Shown in pieces: positions 24,567 to 37,275 of a DNA stretch of 64,000 nucleotides. The notes under the pieces are model-generated. The model did no database searches. It saw only the letters and a program-made list of their open reading frames with translations, and was not told the DNA's origin. The first letter of the stretch is position 1. Each line of letters opens with the position of its first letter. The DNA is from Octopus sinensis (Eukaryota), in NCBI RefSeq assembly GCF_006345805.1, contig NC_043006.1, positions 59,148,001 to 59,212,000 on the forward strand, given 5' to 3'. The position numbers were made by a program, and so were the translations under genes.

Positions 24567-26585
24567 TGTATGTATGTATGTATGTATGTATGTATGTATG
24601 TATGTATGTATGTATGTATGCATGTATGTATGCATGTATGTATGTAGTATGTATGTATGTATGTATGTATGTATGTATGTATGTGCAGATTTGCATGTTT
24701 TATGTATGTCTTCTCATGCATATAGTTGCATATCTAGACATGCTCATATATATTTAAATGATAAACTTCTGGAAAGTTTTACAGATTTTTACAGTTCCAA
24801 TGATGGATTGGATCTGTAGTCTTCGAATTAACTCCCTCCTTTCTGGTTTTGAGAAGCCTAATTCCTCAAAATCAGTATTTAGGCAGTGTGTTACATATCC
24901 CCAATAATTACAGGTATAAACCAGAACTTGTAATCTGGATGAAGTAACTGCAGATTTCTCAATAGTTAAGCATAGGTGTTCTCTTTTTCACTGATCTTCA
25001 GCTTTATGTTAACACCCGTTGAGCAGCTAATTTCCACAACTGTGCACCGTTTTCCTTCTCTATCCCAAATCATTATATCAGATCTGTCGTGCTTACATTT
25101 TATTGAGGTCTTCACTGAGACATTCCACCAGTATTCCTTTTTATCATGAGTGGCTGTAGCTTCTGCCACATTGTAGGCTCTTATTTCTTTGTCCTTGGGA
25201 TTATCCTTCAAACGGATTTCTGTAGTGTCCTAGCTACAACGTAATGTCTCATCGGTAGATAATACAGTGATGACATTTTCGGACAGCTGCTTATGATGTG
25301 GGTAATACAGTTGCGGCCAAAATGTTCAGAACGGCATTGTTTTCGTCAGAAAAGTAGATATAATTTTTTATCAAAGTTGTTTTATATTCTATAATTTTCA
25401 CAGACAATAGATACAATATTATTTGTTATTGCCTGAGATTATACAAAAGATAATACAAAAGTTATGGATGATTTAGTGATTTACTGCAAAACCCATGGCG
25501 GCCAAAATGATCAGAACGGTTGAAAAAATAACAAAATAATCAAAAATGACAGAGAATACTGGAATTATTTAATATTTAGTGTGAAGCCCTTTAGCTTCAA
25601 TCACACTCTGACATCTTCGACTGCATGAGGAAATTAAATTTTCAATTTCTTGCTGGGTGATCTTATTCCATTCTTCCTGAAGGGCATTCCATAATTGCTC
25701 AGTTGTTTTAGGATTTCTGGCTTTCGAACGTTCTCCTAGAATATTCCATACATTTTCAATAGGATTGAAAATACTGTATTCACACTGTATATTCAGTGTG
25801 AACTCCACAAAGTCTGCATTTGTTGTCACACTTTACGGCTTTACCTGTATCTCCCTTTTGTGCATCAGATACTTGGTTGATATTCCCTGTTCCTGGATTA
25901 CAAACGCATATCTTTCCGAGTGGGAGGTTGTAACCCGGCTATTGGTCCATGATAAACAGGTTTGATGATCGATGTTACTATCATCATGGAGCTTTCTAAT
26001 AACATGTCCATGCATAGTCTTCTGCTCATATAGGCACATCCTTTTATCTGATGATACGTTGCGGTAGAGTCGTGCGACTTCTTTGGGCATGTATTCTAGG
26101 TTATCAGACAAAGTGTGTTGCTCATGGAGCTGCCTTCTAAGTCTTATGATGTTATCAGCTTCATGTATGCAAACGTGGTCAAGGGATGCACTTCGGCACT
26201 TGCTGGTTAAAAGATGTTGCCGAAGGGATATGATGCGACATTCAAAGGCATTCTGGATCGATGTTAAGCCTCTTGCGCCTTGTTTTCGTTTTAGGTAGAG
26301 GCGGTCTACGTCACTGTTTATGTGGAAATTATGTGTTCTTGTTAGTATTTTTCGGGTTTTCACATCAATGGCTCGGATCTCATCAAGTGTCCAATCAAGC
26401 AGCCCAAATGTTGTTATGAGTACTGGCACTGCAAACACACTGTGGGCCACTGTTTTATTGAATGCAGAGAGTTCTGAGGTCCATATTTTCTTTCTTCGGC
26501 TGTAATATTCTTTAGTGACGCCTGTTCTGTTAAGGGGTGCCACTGTAAGATGTATTTTCATCCACCCCCCAGATTCCTGTAACAT
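24420..26585 (-). mobile_element. 5'-truncated R4/Dong-type LINE (RT C-terminus, CCHC knuckle, RLE), interrupted by a Tc1
   Basis: ORF 25833-26585 (RT thumb region); CRLCGVHTE|ITHIISSCP split by the insertion; RSDIMIWD...VEISC...KISEKENTY endonuclease; 3' UTR contains (TACA)n. Confidence 0.85.
25308..25787 (-). mobile_element. Internally deleted Tc1 (IR-DR type) inserted at a TA inside the LINE
   Basis: TA at 25306-07 and 25788-89; TIR CAGTTGCGGCCAAAATGTTCAGAACG with an inner direct repeat near 25495; C-terminal NPIENVW...RRCQSVIEAKG. Confidence 0.8.
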
Positions 26586-26679
26586 TCCTCGTCAGATACA
26601 GAGGAAACAGTTAAATAATTAATGTTACTAGTCTGGTTTATGCGGGTTTTTTTTATTTAGTAATTTAATCACACACTAA

Positions 26680-26895
26680 GGTGGTCAGCTGGCAGATTCG
26701 TTAGTACGAAGGGGAAAATACTTAGCAGCATTATATCCTTCTTTACGTTCTGAGTTAAGATTCCACCGACATTGACTTTGCCTTCTGTCCTTTGGGAATC
26801 AATATAATAAGTAGCAGTTGAGCACTGGAGTCGATGTAATCAACACCTCCTTCGAAATTATTAGCTTTGTGCCAAAATCTGAAACCATTAATTTA
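26680..26895 (+). mobile_element. SINE type B
   Basis: agctggcagattcgttag...tacgttctgagtt...cagttgagcactggagtcgatgtaatc. Confidence 0.7.
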
Positions 26896-28266
26896 ACCAT
26901 ACGCTAGCCCTATAACATTTATAAGGTGTTGATGTTGAGCTTAAGCATTTGCAGATTAAAGCTTACAAAAAAATGTTTGGGTGGGAAGAAATTCCCAAGG
27001 ATTGCAGTTCTCAGCGAGGCGTGGTGAAGACTGAGCAAAGTGTTTAAGTATTTAATGAGTGAGTATGAGAAACGAGTCGCAGCGAGGGTACTACGAAGGA
27101 GTGGAGCAGCTATGATTAGAGACTATGGGTAGAAAATTCACGCGGGAGGCCTGTTTAGAAGAGTAGATGTCCTAGATGTCATTACAGTATTTGATCAATA
27201 CTATTCTAAACATGAACACGGTTTGTTAATAATCTTGTTTTAATAAGCAATTATACTGTCACATTAAATTCAGGCATAACGTGTAGATTGGACATAAGAG
27301 GTGACAGCTTATCGTGTAATAAGTTAGTTTAGTTCGACTACGTTTCTGTTAATGAAAAATGACAGCGAAAGATAGTTAATTCAACAGGCTAATTATTCTT
27401 CTTGTTAAACTCTTTCTCTGTAAACTAAACAGAAGACACTTCAATAGTATTTAAATATCTCTACTGATGCTCAATTACAATAAGCGAATATTCATTCAGA
27501 AGATTTTGAAGATATATGTTGTGATTGGATATTGATTTTATATAAGTATATCATGTATTACCTGTGTTGTCTTCCGGTACATAATTGGTGTTATTGTTGA
27601 AGTACCAACTTAAAATCATCCGTTTCGCAATTTCCGATTTCTTCCCTCGATTGTGTCTTTAATATTGACATAGAAGAAGACACTGTGCCAAGCAGGCTTA
27701 GAATCAAGAAAAATATTTACTTAACGCTGCTTTAAATTTTTCTTCGAATATCATAAATATTACTATTTCCTCTGTGATTGCCCATGCGGGATATAATTCC
27801 TACCAACAAAACAAACAAATACCTTTTGAATTTGGAGTAACTGAGCTGAAACTCTCATGTGGTCTAACTTTATACTTGTAATTAACCTCAGTGATGTATT
27901 TTTCTTTTTTTTTTTTTGAAATATACTTATTGCTTCCATATTTGGGAATAGGTAGTCAATAAGTGAGAGAGAGAGAGAGGAGATATAGGGAGTTAGAGTT
28001 AGAAACTGTCAGAGCTAGACGGATAGTGAAGGCAGACGTACATGCATACAAGCAATCAGAGGGAGGAGAGAGAAAGCGAGAGGGGAAACATTCATACATA
28101 CATACATACATACATACATACATACGTATATATCTATCTATCTGTATATGCGTGTATGTGTGGGTATAATTTTTAGGGGGGGCGGGGCTAATGTGTATAT
28201 GTTAATTAGTGTGCTGAGTAAAGCACATTCACAGTTTGGGCTACCTGGTGTCATTCCTTCAATTAT

Positions 28267-28302
<36 letters not shown>

Positions 28303-28396
28303 CATACATACATAATACATTCATAGATGCATACATACATACATACATACGTACATATATATATATGTATATATGTATATATATATGTATATATAT

Positions 28397-28432
<36 letters not shown>

Positions 28433-28433
28433 C

Positions 28434-28998
28434 AGAGGAACCGAGTTAGTAAATGTTTTTATTTTCATTTCACTAAATTTATCTAGCTTCTGTGTTTCTA
28501 GCACATATTTCGCCTTTTAATGTACTGATATATGAATAATATATGGCCTGAGCTAGTTTCACCAGCGATAATAATTAATTTTATTTTATCGCAATTTGAC
28601 TTGTTTACATATTTCTCGATAAATTTTGAGCGTTAGACAATATACCAGAAATCCCCAGTTTTGTCGGGACGTTCTGAGTCTGCGCAGTGATCTGATTAGT
28701 TAGAGAGAGCAAATCATTAGAAGCACATGCTTCTAGTGAGTTAGGATCTCAGAACAACAGGGCTCTTACCGATGAATTCTCCCTGAGCAAATAAATTATC
28801 TTTATTGATGAAAAGAACGAAACTGCAGTCTAAGAGGAACCGAGTTAGTAAATGTTTTTATTTTCATTTCACTAAATTTATCTAGGTTCTGTGTTTCTAC
28901 CACATATTTCGCCTTTTAATGTACTGATATATGAATAATATATGGCCTGAGCTAGTTTCACCAGCGATAATAATTAATTTTTTTTATCGCAATTTGAC

Positions 28999-29010
<12 letters not shown>
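28434..29010 (+). mobile_element. Retrozyme-like element: 399-nt unit plus ~179-nt terminal redundancy, flanked by (TA)n
   Basis: Direct repeats 28434-28612 and 28833-29010 (about 3 differences); homologous to 14017-14501. Confidence 0.78.
28763..28836 (+). ncRNA. Type-I hammerhead ribozyme homologue with two substitutions (U4C and position 10.1)
   Basis: CUCUUA-CCGAUGA-AUUCU...AGAAC-GAAA-CUGCAG-U-C-UAAGAG; GUC triplet, predicted cut after 28830. Confidence 0.65.
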
Positions 29011-29058
<48 letters not shown>

Positions 29059-29066
29059 TATATATA

Positions 29067-29320
<254 letters not shown>

Positions 29321-29339
29321 AAGTTAAAGATAAAACCAC

Positions 29340-29715
29340 TTTAATGATTTTATCAGTGACCAACGTGAAATGAAAAAAAAGCCATACAGGTTTTGCCGTC
29401 TATTTCTAGTGTGTTGGTGCGGTTTATTCGCACTCCTTAATATAATCATATTGTAATTATAAAGTATAAATTGCTATCTGTATGGTTTTTTATTTCACTT
29501 ATATACTCTTGGCATACTGTACTGTTTACGGCAGGGGGTTTTACAACCTTAAGCTAGAAATCGACCTACAATTAAGTAATTAAAAAAAAAATCTTATTCA
29601 TTTTTCATCTGCCCACTTACAACAAATGATAATGGATTGTAAATGTGGTTTTTAGAGCCATTTGGCGTCTATTTCTAGTGTATTAGTGGGGTTATCCGCA
29701 TCATTTAATATAATA
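29340..29715. repeat. (TA)n-embedded repeat with internal direct and inverted repeats
   Basis: gtctatttctagtg at 29398 and 29667; inverted ctagaaatcgac near 29553; gtgaaat..ccatacag / ctgtatgg..atttcac. Confidence 0.5.
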
Positions 29716-29749
29716 TATTATAATTATGCATATATATATATCTATATAT

Positions 29750-29814
<65 letters not shown>

Positions 29815-29817
29815 TAT

Positions 29818-29849
<32 letters not shown>

Positions 29850-30299
29850 CAGAGAGAGAAAGAGATAGAGAGAGTGAGATAGAAAGAGAGAGAGAGAACA
29901 AATGGATCTCACATATGAAGTTTTCTGAGATTCAATCAAACTAGTGAACATTTGGTTGTGTTAGTGGCGGGAACACATTTTTATCATTACTTGGTAGGGA
30001 AACGAAGGTGATGATATGGTAGTGACGGTAGAGTACTGGCGAAGAAGCCTTGAAGTATGTAGTCGCAGTCTTCTGCACTCTGAGTTCGAATCTTCGTTAA
30101 GCTCCCATCCAAAATTAAGTCATATGCTTTTTCGATACACACACACACATACATATAAATATGACATTTTCTTAGAATAGGTAGTTATAACTCTCCTAGA
30201 TAATTGTGATTTTAGTATATCATAACTATGTATCTAATACATTGATCTGTCAACTATTATTACTCCAAGCGCTTTGAAAGCACCCTATTAAATATTGCT

Positions 30300-30760
30300 T
30301 GTCACAACCGACTAGTCTGCAGAATGCGGCCGGGACACGAAGACAATTTGGACGTTCGGCATGCGATAAAGGTTTGTGTTAAAATGTGCAAAAACGCCAC
30401 AGAAACTTACGAAATGCTCAAGACTGCTAATAGATTAACTTTTATGAGCCAAGCATCTTCTTTTTCGCTTGCACATGAGGCCAGGCAAATGGAAGTCTAC
30501 TGGGAAACTCATGATGATCCCCTGTTTAAATCTGTTCCTCACCCTCTCTATCGGTCAGACCCTGCTCCCTATGGCTTTTAGTTGTTTCCGAAGCTGAAGA
30601 AGTAGACGAAGAAAGCTGTGACAAAGGTCCTGGATACCTTCACTTTCGAGAACTTCCATGGGGAATTCACAAAGTGGCTGGGGCGTTACAAGAAATGTAT
30701 TGTAGTCAGAGGATTCTATTTTGAAGGAAAATTTTGTACTTTGAAATAACTTCTCTCTTG
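30300..30760 (+). pseudogene. Internally deleted mariner transposase remnant
   Basis: RHAIKVCVKMCKNATETYEMLK (N-terminal HTH) and PHPLYRSDPAPYGF*LFPKLK (catalytic C-terminus). Confidence 0.65.
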
Positions 30761-30844
30761 CAAAAATCTCAAAACATGTGGAATATACCTTAAACATATA
30801 AATATAACCTACGGAGTATGTTGAGTAGTCTTTTCTTTTGTCTG

Positions 30845-30927
<83 letters not shown>

Positions 30928-30928
30928 C

Positions 30929-30992
<64 letters not shown>

Positions 30993-31102
30993 TATATATA
31001 TATTATATATATATAAAATATTAGGGAGTATAACTCCAAACTTACAGGGAAAAATTCAATTTAGAATTAAATCAAATTCCACAATACAAATATATATAAT
31101 AT

Positions 31103-31328
31103 AAATTAGAGATAAAACCACTATTATGCAACTCAAATAGTGATAGACATAAATTTATTTCAGTTGAATTTGTAGCCATGAAACGTACGTAGTGCTTTTA
31201 CTTATATTATATTTATCATTCATCTTATACCTTTTGGAGAAAAAAAATTATTATATATATTACTTGTTATTTATGTATTGGTTTATGTATATCACTGTTT
31301 GAGTTGCACAATAGTGGTTTTATCCCTA

Positions 31329-31332
<4 letters not shown>
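31103..31332. mobile_element. MITE-like fold-back with 51-bp inverted termini in a TA context
   Basis: 31103-31153 vs 31282-31332, 4 mismatches. Confidence 0.7.
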
Positions 31333-31362
<30 letters not shown>

Positions 31363-33139
31363 ACGTATCTAATCTCTATCTTTCTGTCGCTATCTTCTTG
31401 TTATAAACCTCTGATGTGTCGCTATTAGAAATCAAATATGAATGAGTTCAAGTAATTTACATTTTACGTCAGAGCGTCTGATGAATGTAGCCAATGTAAC
31501 ACAGAGATATGCGGTCACTAAAGTTGGTGGAAAAAAGAGACAGATTCCTCTCCAATCACAATCACACACTTAAGAAAAGAAGGACATATTGATACATCCT
31601 AGATACAAGAAGGGTTGATTTATGTTGAATGAAGGAGAGAAAACAGAAGCACGATGATTGTGACAACAACTATAACAAACTGCGATTTAATAAATTTAAG
31701 AAAAGTTGTAACAAAGCAAGTGGTAATAACAAGAATTCAATGACAAACACTGGCCAGGCGATGTTGTATTATATTTATTGCCTGCCTTAATGTATTTATT
31801 ATTTCTTCTAAAAGTACAAAATGTTGCTGCGTTTTCTGGTAAGAGGAAGGTTTGCAGTTATCTCTTGTACATGTTTCAGACGTTAGACTGCAACAGTGCT
31901 GGGGCATCGCCTTAAAAATATAACATAGCCTGCAGGTATTTGGTTTCATGTTCTAACGATTCTGCCAATCGCATTCAATATTTTTATCGTGTGTTTATTG
32001 TTGGTCTTATTATCGGTGTCATTGATTAGTTAGAGGTAAATTTTAATCGATCTAGCCGTGGCCATTCTGTATTTTTCCCAACAGAATGTTTTTTGGAATA
32101 TATTATCAAATGCTTCTTCTCTTTTTGTAAAACAGTAAGATGTAATTTCTAAGGGATAGAGTGATAACTTACAGGTTCTCACTTTGGCAGAGAATTAGCA
32201 TATTGTTACTTTTGGAGAGTCCTTGTTCCAGCTTAAACAGCAAATTGACAGAATCGTTTGTGCGTTTGGTAAATGCCATATGGTCTTGCTACTACAGTCT
32301 GAGTTCAAATTTCACAAAGATCAACATCACCTTTCATGAGAGCGTTAAATAAATAGATAATATCCTCCTATAACATTTTTGGCGTTGAGGTACTTGAATT
32401 TTTTTTTTTTTTTTTTTTACCAGTCTTTCCCAAAACTCGCTATCATAGGCTTTCTTCCTGCAACCAGTCGGGTACGGAATTAATTAAATATTAGTGTAAC
32501 GTCCATTTAAGTGTGTTATGGGGATTGATGGTCTTGGTGTGCCTTCTTCACCCTAGAATATGGATTCCGTTTGATTTGAAAGGATGGATTTTGTTTTTAA
32601 CCTACAAACCCGGTAAGGAGTCGGTTCAGTCACCAATAACACGGCCATGAGCAGGTATTAATGTATATATCAAATAAAATATATTATAATTTAGTGTAAA
32701 GGTAGTAAAGTTTTGATCATTATGGAAAAGATTCAGGTCGCTTTTTGTAAAGAGTTTTAAGGTGAAATAAACTGTGAGTTTTCAAGACCTGAAGTAAATA
32801 TTGTTTAAATTCTGTACATGAGAGGTCGAAGATTTTAGTCGGTAGATTGTAAATCTATTTATTTATAATCGAGTTCCTTTTTCATAATTTTATATCTTAT
32901 AAAAAAATATTACATTGCAAATTTAAAAATACATAGGTTATGTTAAATTTTTTAATTTTATGTCATTAAATGGTAACTATTTACTCCAGAACTATTTGAG
33001 TGCTGGAGTAAATGTTTTGCAGTATTTCCTCCAGCTCATTACGTTCTGAGTTCAAATTTCACTGAGTTCAGTCTTTTGCCTATTATCGTTATGGTGCCGA
33101 TAAAATAAAGTATCAGTCAAGTATTGGGGTCAATGGCAC

Positions 33140-33375
33140 CAACTAAGCATCCCTTCAACAGTTACTGCCTCCCTGACAAGTTCACTAAAGTTTTTGCTAA
33201 AACCTTGGCCAAAATCTTCAACTCTGCGTTAAGCAGAGTGGTGGGCCTAAAATTATCAATTACATCCCCCTTGTTAGGTCCTTTCTTAGCAGCGTCACGG
33301 TCCCCCGGTTCACAGACTTGGGAATCCTTCCATTCTACTGCCAGTTGGTATAGACGCATGCAAGTAGGTGCCCAA
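33140..33375 (-). pseudogene. L1/Tx1-type RT fragment
   Basis: DNFRPTTLLNAELKILAKVLAK, the N-terminal RT motif. Confidence 0.65.
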
Positions 33376-34644
33376 ACAAGTCCGGTGTACTACAATACAG
33401 TTCATAGGGTAGACAATTTCTCTTTATATACTGACGAACTAGTAACTACAGTCGATTTTATTCTCTCTTCTCCGTCAATCAGTCAGTCTGTCTGTCTGTT
33501 TGCCTGTCTGTCTATCTGTCTGTCTGTCTCTGCTTCTCTCTTGATTGTATTCATAATTCAAAGACCCAGTCTTTTCACATAGTATCATCTTCATCTGAGT
33601 TTATTAGGTTACGGCCTACCTCTTTGCGGAATACTCAGCAACCTAGACGTTAATAGCACGAATAGGAATTCACTTGTTCAAACGATCGAAACGATCCTCG
33701 TCGAATCTGACGGAGAACCCAATTCATCATTTTGCAATCTCAATATGATTGATGTTGTATGCAAATATGCTCGTAAATATATGTAAGAAGTTTCTCATTA
33801 ATACATATTTCATTACTTTTTTTTTTACTTTGTGATCGAGAGTCGACCAGTTGAATGGAATTACTTATCCACACAACAAAGAATAAATCGTATACGAAGT
33901 ATATAGAATATTTTCTGTATATTTACCGTTTCATCGATAGAAAATATATTTCTAAACGGCAAGTTAATTGTTTTCTATTCATTGCTAGCAATGTCTTTTC
34001 GTTGCTTCTTAATAAAATACTTTCGAACGCTGATAGCTTAGAGAAGAAAATTCGACAATAAATCATTTTTCTGGTTGAACATATTGAAAAAGTCGTAAAA
34101 TAATTACAACCATTCCTGCAAACTGATTTAATCAGTTATTTCATAAAGTCTTCTTTGATGATGTACTTACATATTGCAATTCATTTTTTTTTTTTTTACT
34201 TTTTTGCTCGCATTAAATATAGTAGTGGACGTCATTTTCTGTTGCTAAGCAAGACATCATTAGATATTGTTAAAGTATGATAAATATTGCTGAAAATTGT
34301 TGGGTTACTTTTATTAAATAATTTACTTATTTCATATAATTTTTATTTTTTATTTTTTGCGAAATATTGCATCGTTGTTTGTTTCAAACGGACCAATCAC
34401 ATGCCCTACTGAATCTGCGGTAGAGAGAGAGAGAGAGGGGAGAGGGGGAGAGAAGGGAGTGTCTCTGCAAGAAGGGTGGAAACATTATCATTTAGCTCTT
34501 CAGCATTATTTTATCCCTTTTCTCGTTGATTCTTACATTTTTTGTCCACGAAATACATAACCGCCTGCACCTGCGCCCCCTCATTCACAAATACATACAT
34601 ATGCATATATGCATACATATACATATATATACGTACATACATAC

Positions 34645-34712
<68 letters not shown>

Positions 34713-34715
<3 letters not shown>

Positions 34716-34996
34716 ATTGCAGCGTGGAAGGTGTTTGTAAGCCATTTAAGAAACACACAAAAGCCGTTCGATTCACTTCAACATTTAAGTTTAATTTGTC
34801 AAAATATTTTCGTCGCTAAAATCCGCGACCTATTCACTGACAAAAATCCGATGCAGCACGGATTTTTGTTAGTGAACAGGTCGCGGATTTTAGCGACGAA
34901 AATATTTTGACAAATTAAACTTAAATGTTGAAGTGAATCGAACGGCTTTTGTGTGTTTCTTAAATGGCTTACAAACACCTTCCACGCTGCAATTGT
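34713..34996. repeat. 284-bp near-perfect palindrome (138-bp arms, 8-nt spacer)
   Basis: 34713-34850 vs 34859-34996, 2 mismatches; TA arrays on both sides (the right one after ~60 bp). Confidence 0.92.
34865..34914 (+). ncRNA. Type-I hammerhead-like motif with covariant G3-C8 core
   Basis: UUUGUUA-GUGAACA-G-GUCGC(GGAUUUUA)GCGAC-GAAA-AUAU-U-U-UGACAAA; mirror copy on the minus strand at 34795-34844 has core GUGAAUA. Confidence 0.55.
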
Positions 34997-35052
34997 TTTC
35001 GTTTCAGCACACGATCTCAGATCAAATTACTTGCTATGCGAGTACATCTCCG

Positions 35053-35093
<41 letters not shown>

Positions 35094-35096
35094 CAG

Positions 35097-35275
35097 AGGC
35101 GCAGGCGTGACTGTGTAGTAAAAAGCTTCTTTCTCAAACACATGGTTCCGGGTTCAGTCATAATGCTTGGTACCTTGCGCAAGTGTTTTCTGCTATAGCA
35201 TCAGGACGCCCAAAGTCTTGTGAGTGGATTTGATAGATGGAAACTGAAAGAAGCCCGTCGTATACACACACACAC

Positions 35276-35316
<41 letters not shown>

Positions 35317-35535
35317 GTGTATCTATATGTGTGTGTATTTCTGTCTATGTTTGTTCCCCACCACCATTTGACAACCGGTGTTGCATCCCCGTAACTTAGT
35401 GGTTCGGCAAAAGTCGGCGATAGAATAAGTACTAGACTTAGAAATAAGTACTAGGGTCAATTCATTGGACTAAAACCCTTCAAGGCGATGCCCCAGTATA
35501 ACTGCAGTCTAATGACCGAAACAAGCACAAGATAA
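35097..35535 (+). mobile_element. SINE type A, full length, diverged
   Basis: Head, microsatellite and tail in the order of the 44625 copy. Confidence 0.8.
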
Positions 35536-37084
35536 AAGACACACGTGCAATGGACTTCCACGCAGTTTCTGTCTGTCAAACACACATCGCGTCGGTCAAC
35601 CCATGATTTAGTATACACATACCCAAGGCATTAATCTTTGAAATCAAAGTCGGTTATATGGTGATAATGTGAAATCTTTACTCTCACAACTATGTTTTAA
35701 ATTGATATCTCACCTTCAAAGCAAGCTTTTTGTATAGCTGTACTCTGATATTTGTTACAAATAGACAAGCTAAAACTTTCTTCTCATAATCAGTATACAT
35801 TTATTGCTATAAGTATGTAAATGGATTGCTTGGTAAAGCAAAAATATAAATATTTATTGATCCCGAACTACTTCTGCAATAGAATAAAAAAAAATCTGAT
35901 TGTTTGATCTTTCCTAGTTAAATATATCCATCAATTGGTGATTATCCCTATGGACCTTTTGGTATGAAAATCTGTAGCAAATACGAATGATATTAGTGAA
36001 ATGAGGCACATGGAATTAAATAGTTTACGGCAACTTCGACAACATCGATCGAAACACCTTCAATGGACTTGAGTTCAGAAACCATAAACACTTAGTTCAA
36101 TACCTTATTCACACAGTGATTGTATCTATACAATTTCTTGGTTGTATGTGTAAACAACCATTGCTTATGTTAATAGAAGATATCTGTGTATACTAGCACC
36201 AATATCAAATATTTATAATGTTGTTAGAAAAAAACGTAAACTTATGCATATTTATTACCCACTTTCAGACATTCATGATTACATTTTAGAAAAATTTGTT
36301 TTTATGAATGATGTTAGCATTTGAAAAATATATATCAATTTTCTTTGTTAGTTTAAGTCATTTATTGCTATTCAAGCACTAGTGTCGCAGCTCAACAACT
36401 ATGAAATATATCACGCTAGACTTGTGGGTAGACTTCGAACTGAAATAATTTCGTGTGGAAAACGTTTGAACCAGTAATATATAAGTCTTAATTTCAATAT
36501 AGTACTCCATCCAACTCAATAACTGACATTGTATCAGCTTAAAATAGATTATCATTATCAAACACAAGATTGAGAATATAAATTAATTTTGCATTAGATT
36601 GTATTATATTGCTCAATAATAATTTCGGGGTCATAGATACTGGAGAAAATGCATTGTAACGATGAAAAATATTTCAAAGCAAAGATAAAATTGATTTCGT
36701 AAGGGAGTGCGTTGCTCAGAATAGATCTATAGATTTTAGTTATGCCTTGTTCGAAGTATCGATAAAAGAAAGTAGAAGTTAAGTACTGGGGTTGATTGAA
36801 TCGTCTTATTCACTTCTTCCCAGATTTTGTGTCATACGTTATAAATTACTAATTATAAATTACTTATTATGTGGTTGCTAAATAGCGGAGTCGTTAGATA
36901 TTGGGAACAGTACGTCTTGTGGTATTTAGGATTGCTTTGAGTTCAAATCTAGACAAGGTCGACTTAGTTTTTTATCATTCAGGTGACAATGAGACAAATA
37001 TCAATGAAGATCGAAATGGCTGAAAGTAGAACTCACTATCTCGAGCTTTTGTGCTAATATGTTTGTTAATATTATCTTATTGAG

Positions 37085-37275
37085 CGCCGGGCAAAATACT
37101 TAGCGGCATTTCGTCCGTTTTTAACGTTTCTGATTTCAAATTCCGCCGGGGCCGACTTCGTCCTTCCTCATTTCGGAGTTGATAAATTAAGTACTAGTTG
37201 AGCACTGCGGTCAATGTAATCGACTAATCCACTCAGCCGAACGTTTTGTCTTTCTGGCAATATTTGAAACCATTA
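37085..37275 (+). mobile_element. SINE type B
   Basis: gccgggcaaaatacttagcggcatttcgtcc...tcaaattccgccggggccgact. Confidence 0.75.

Noticed and set aside
31465-31520. CTGATGAA followed by a weak hairpin
   Set aside because: No GAAA, G at the cleavage position, no helix I
33430-33465. CTGACGA-ACT..AGT-CGATT
   Set aside because: GAAA box and helix I absent
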